In this document: one piece after another, positions 60,395 through 64,000 of the stretch
Layout of the letters: every line of letters begins with the position of its first letter
Numbering within the stretch: the first letter of the stretch is position 1
Origin: Candidatus Latescibacterota bacterium
Lineage (GTDB): Bacteria; Latescibacterota; UBA2968
DNA: 64,000 nt
NCBI GenBank assembly: GCA_965116885.1
Contig: OZ220741.1
Location: 3,488,001-3,552,000 of the forward strand
Direction: 5' to 3'
Made by a program: the position numbers and the translations under genes
The notes under the pieces: generated by a model
What the model was told of the DNA's origin: nothing
The model's input: only the letters and a program-made list of their open reading frames with translations
Databases searched by the model: none

Positions 60395-62500
60395 TCAGTT
60401 TTCGATCAGCACGGTGTCCATCGCCGGGACATCGATTGATCTGTCCGCCAGTTCTATGGACTCGGACACTGTTGTAAAGTTTGCAATGGCGATCATGTCG
60501 CTGGTGCGGGACCGGAAGCGATATGCCCTGACCTCGTCCTGGGCTGTTTGCAATCTCTCCACGCCATGGCCTATGCGGCGTGTTCCGGCACGCCCCTGGC
60601 GTATGACACATGCGTAGTCTCGGGCGTTTCTACCGCTCCCTCCGGGACGCAGGAATACGCGGTCCTGGAGCAAGTTTTTCCACCGCTCGGGCGTATTTCT
60701 CTCCGAAGCATCTTCATAGAAAAGTTGCTCGCCACACGTCTCGATCCCCAAACATCCCGCGATCTTGATCCAGGTCGATTCCGTTTCGATCACCCGTGCT
60801 CGTCCGCCGACGCCTCGTATGGTGCAACGACCGCCTTCGAAGGAGATCGGGACCCGGTTGCCGTTCAGGAAATCGTTCATGATATAGACGCCAAATCCCT
60901 CGTTCAGCGAGAGCTCGACATCCGCGACTGTCCAGTCTATCATGAGCGAGGTTTCCCCGTCTTCGAGCGCGACGACGGCGATTGATTGTCGAATGCGACC
61001 GTCCGCGTACTCGATCACGCCTGTGGTTGTGAAGCCTTTTTCCGATGTGTGATCGGTGTGGTAGAGCGGCGTGGGATTCAGACGCCCGCCGTTGATCTCG
61101 AAACGTCCGATGAAAGCGTCCTGGTCCGATCCGAGCGTGTTCTCTCCGCCGGCTGGCAAGACCATTCCCATCACGCTGTGTGATAGGGATCGCCATGCGA
61201 ATGAGAACAGGCCCTGCTTGCTGCGGCGAACCTGTAGCCAGACATAGGGATAGGCATCGGTACCGACCTGCTCGCGTCTGAATTCCTCGACGGATATCGG
61301 CGAGACATTGGGTACGCCGGCAATCACGAGGGTGCCCAGCTGTCCCATGATGCCCGTTTCGAACTGGAAGTAACGACCACCAGCCGCGTGTGGCATTCGG
61401 GCGTTGAATCGACCGTCTTCTGCGTCCCGCATCGACTCGTCCAGATATTTGAGGTTCTGCCACAGCATATGACCTGCAAATCGGTCGCCGAATTCCTCGA
61501 ACAGGACGGCGTGCTGGAAGTTGATGTCGGGTTCGTGGTAGGTCCAGTCCTGGCCGGATGGGTAGGCCGTAAATCCGTTGTAGAGAAAGAAACGCCTCAG
61601 CACCTTCCAGGCATCGTGGACATGGTGCAGGTAGTGGGGGGGAGGTGTCTTGCCCGTCAGTGTGAAGGCGAGGCGTCCCATCATCAAGAGGACGCCACAG
61701 GCGAGGTACCCCGGATGGAAGGAGCCGTGGTTTTCCACGGTGAGGTCGGGGTGGGACGTTTGCGTGCAGACCCAGTCTTTCAGCGGCCTACCGTCGAAGA
61801 GTCGCGTATCGACCCGGTCGAGGTCGGTGGTGAAGGTGTTGATGGCGAACAGCTTGCCCCGGTAGAGCCATTCGTCCGCGTGGGGATGGTCGGGAAGGAG
61901 ACAATACGCCCAGGCCAGAAGATAGCTGTCCCACGCATTTTCCTCTTCCTTTGTGTCGTGCCAGCGTCCGTCCGGAGGATCGACCCCGAGAAATCGATCC
62001 GCTTCAAAGGCGAGCACGCGATGGAAGGCTTCGAGCACGTCCTGATCCAGTTCGTCCGCAACGTGGTTAGCCGCCATTGCGATGTCCGCGATCCAGAGGG
62101 ACGATTCCCAGTCGTCGCCCCACTGACCGTTCCATTCGAGCGGATCCGTCCTTCTCGGCCCGCTCAGATGATGCGCGCAGATCCAGCGGAGGCACCGGTT
62201 CAACCGGTCGAGCAGGACGGGCTTTTCGATTCCGGCGACCGACGGATCGAAGAACGCGCTTTGATGGAGTGCCGCGTAGCCTCGAAGTTCATCGCCCAGG
62301 GATCGGATGATCATTTCGTTGATCGGTCCGCCCGGGGGTTGAAACGCGTTCACATCGAGGGTTCCGAAGTAGCCGTGTTCCTCATCCTCATCGACCCAGT
62401 ACTGCTCGATGTAGGGCACGTGACGACACATCATGTGAACGAGGTCGGCCTCGGACGGAAAAGTCGGTGCGCTCGTGTCGAGTGGGGGATAGTCGATCAT
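60395..62500 (-). CDS. Hypothetical protein (helical N-half, beta-rich C-half; polysaccharide-lyase-like architecture)
   Basis: 701-aa ORF. DTKEEENAW, ENHG.FHPGY, YPSGQDW. Confidence 0.65.
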   Translation of the reverse strand: MIDYPPLDTSAPTFPSEADLVHMMCRHVPYIEQYWVDEDEEHGYFGTLDVNAFQPPGGPINEMIIRSLGDELRGYAALHQSAFFDPSVAGIEKPVLLDRLNRCLRWICAHHLSGPRRTDPLEWNGQWGDDWESSLWIADIAMAANHVADELDQDVLEAFHRVLAFEADRFLGVDPPDGRWHDTKEEENAWDSYLLAWAYCLLPDHPHADEWLYRGKLFAINTFTTDLDRVDTRLFDGRPLKDWVCTQTSHPDLTVENHGSFHPGYLACGVLLMMGRLAFTLTGKTPPPHYLHHVHDAWKVLRRFFLYNGFTAYPSGQDWTYHEPDINFQHAVLFEEFGDRFAGHMLWQNLKYLDESMRDAEDGRFNARMPHAAGGRYFQFETGIMGQLGTLVIAGVPNVSPISVEEFRREQVGTDAYPYVWLQVRRSKQGLFSFAWRSLSHSVMGMVLPAGGENTLGSDQDAFIGRFEINGGRLNPTPLYHTDHTSEKGFTTTGVIEYADGRIRQSIAVVALEDGETSLMIDWTVADVELSLNEGFGVYIMNDFLNGNRVPISFEGGRCTIRGVGGRARVIETESTWIKIAGCLGIETCGEQLFYEDASERNTPERWKNLLQDRVFLRPGGSGRNARDYACVIRQGRAGTRRIGHGVERLQTAQDEVRAYRFRSRTSDMIAIANFTTVSESIELADRSIDVPAMDTVLIEN

Positions 62501-62736
62501 GTGGACGCTCCCAACTCTACGGTTTCGTGTGGTTCGTCGCAGCGGAAAACGACGAGTTTGCCGCCGTCAATGCGGTTTTTCACATCCCGCACGAATTCAC
62601 GGGCGAGGTTGGTATCGTAGAGTACCAGAGCGCCCGGTGACTGTGTGTGGGTTTGGAGTCGCTCCGATTTTTCACGCCAGGTCGATTGAAGCGCGTCGGA
62701 TGCATCCCCTTCTGCGATAAGTATGACGTATGCCAC
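62497..62736 (-). CDS. Small hypothetical protein
   Basis: GGGAGAG RBS. Stop overlaps the next start (ATGA). Confidence 0.5.
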   Translation of the reverse strand: MAYVILIAEGDASDALQSTWREKSERLQTHTQSPGALVLYDTNLAREFVRDVKNRIDGGKLVVFRCDEPHETVELGAST

Positions 62737-62760
62737 GTGGTCTCTCCCTGTTGTAGAGAA

Positions 62761-62789
62761 TCCCCACTGGACAACCTATCCAGTGGGGA
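62761..62789. terminator. Perfect 11-bp stem hairpin
   Basis: TCCCCACTGGA-caaccta-TCCAGTGGGGA, downstream of the RND gene. Confidence 0.55.
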
Positions 62790-62870
62790 CCTGTATTTTG
62801 TATCAGTACAAGATAATTCCGTTTGGCAATCAGACAAATGAATTTTCTGATCGGAAAGGTCTTCTGTTTT

Positions 62871-64000
62871 TTAAAATCCGTCCGTCGAACGGCTCAAACT
62901 GTACCGGGCATTTGTGACCAGAGAGACAACATCCTCCAGAATCATATACAGACAGGGCACCAACAAAAGAATTATAGACGTTGCGAAAACAATACCAAAT
63001 CCGAGAGAAATTGCCATAGGAATGAGATAATAAGCCTGGCGGGATGTCTCCAAAATAATCGGTGTCAAACCACCGAACGTTGTCAACGTCGTCAGAATAA
63101 TAGGCTTGAAGCGCCGAAGTCCAGCAGTGTGAATCGCCTCAAAAGCCGAACTATGGGCACGCCTTTTATTTGCATAATCGATCATAATCAGTGAGTCATT
63201 TACCACTACACCCGACAGGGCGATCACCCCCATCAAACTGATAAGCGACAAATCATAACCCAGCAAAATATGACCGATCACAGCGCCCACAATCCCAAAC
63301 GGAATCGCCACCATCACAATCAGGGGTTGGACATAGCTGCCAAATGCAATGGCGAGTAACATATACACAATGGCCATCGCCATGGCAAACCCGCCCCACA
63401 GTGCCTGCGTTGACTCGCGCATCTCAGCCTGCGTCCCCTGAAACGTCCAGGTTAATCCCGGATACTCAGCGCGAATTTGTGGCAACACATCGGTTTTAAT
63501 CGCTTCCATAACGCGCGTCATCGCGCGCTTGGGCTCCACATCCATACTCACCGTCACCACGCGCCGACCATCTCGCCGATTAATACTTGTAAACGCTTCG
63601 CCACGCTCAATGGCTACCACATCCATCAAAGGCACTTCTGTGCCATCGGGTGTACGCACAACAAAATCTTCGAGATGGCGAATATCCTTTCGCTCTGCCA
63701 TCGGTAATTTCACGCGCATTTCAATTTCATTTGTACCGCGCAACTGACGCATCGCCAGTGCGCCGTAAAACGCATCGCGCAACTGACGTCCTACCTCAAT
63801 CGGCGTCAATCCCAAATTTCGGCCTTCCGGACGCAACACAAAATCAAACTGCGCTTTACCTTTATTGTAATTGTCACTCACATCGTGCGTCTCTTCAAAC
63901 CCTTCGGCACGCTCTAAAAATGCCCGACTGGCTTTGGCCAACACGTCAATATCCGAATGGCTCAAATCGACACTGATATCCTGTTGCCAACCGCCCGGCC
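62871..64000 (-). CDS. RND efflux permease, AcrB/AcrD/AcrF family (3' part only)
   Basis: [41 protein letters not shown]. Confidence 0.93.
   Translation of the reverse strand, partial: PGGWQQDISVDLSHSDIDVLAKASRAFLERAEGFEETHDVSDNYNKGKAQFDFVLRPEGRNLGLTPIEVGRQLRDAFYGALAMRQLRGTNEIEMRVKLPMAERKDIRHLEDFVVRTPDGTEVPLMDVVAIERGEAFTSINRRDGRRVVTVSMDVEPKRAMTRVMEAIKTDVLPQIRAEYPGLTWTFQGTQAEMRESTQALWGGFAMAMAIVYMLLAIAFGSYVQPLIVMVAIPFGIVGAVIGHILLGYDLSLISLMGVIALSGVVVNDSLIMIDYANKRRAHSSAFEAIHTAGLRRFKPIILTTLTTFGGLTPIILETSRQAYYLIPMAISLGFGIVFATSIILLLVPCLYMILEDVVSLVTNARYSLSRSTDGF

Overview
A 64-kb catabolic accessory region with no rRNA, tRNA, CRISPR array or integrase. It carries 7 Cys-type sulfatases, 6 intact PhyH-family dioxygenases plus 1 deleted copy, 3 enolase-superfamily enzymes, 4 sugar isomerase/epimerase TIM barrels, 3 Gfo/Idh/MocA oxidoreductases, 2 carbon-nitrogen hydrolases, several glycoside hydrolases (GH29, GH5, GH117-like, GH50-like), katG, a CNNM protein and a partial RND permease. 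By inference this content resembles marine or sponge-associated Latescibacterota/Poribacteria-type genomes. A small mobile/defence patch at about 19.5-24.6 kb holds an IS608-like tnpB element inserted in the last codon of a HigA-type antitoxin, a HigBA pair, a MNT-HEPN pair whose HEPN is fused to a DUF1016 fragment, an orphaned sigma-54 control module and a deleted AAA/PD-(D/E)XK gene. The most unusual signal is architectural. Intergenic spacers repeatedly consist of 24-59 bp diverged same-orientation copies of pieces of nearby genes, single genes are bracketed by about 25-bp imperfect direct repeats, a diverged tandem duplication carries different cargo genes in each copy, and base composition changes gene by gene. 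This suggests gene capture and shuffling through short homologies without a recombinase in the window (inference). All alignments were made by eye, and a strain-chimeric assembly cannot be excluded.
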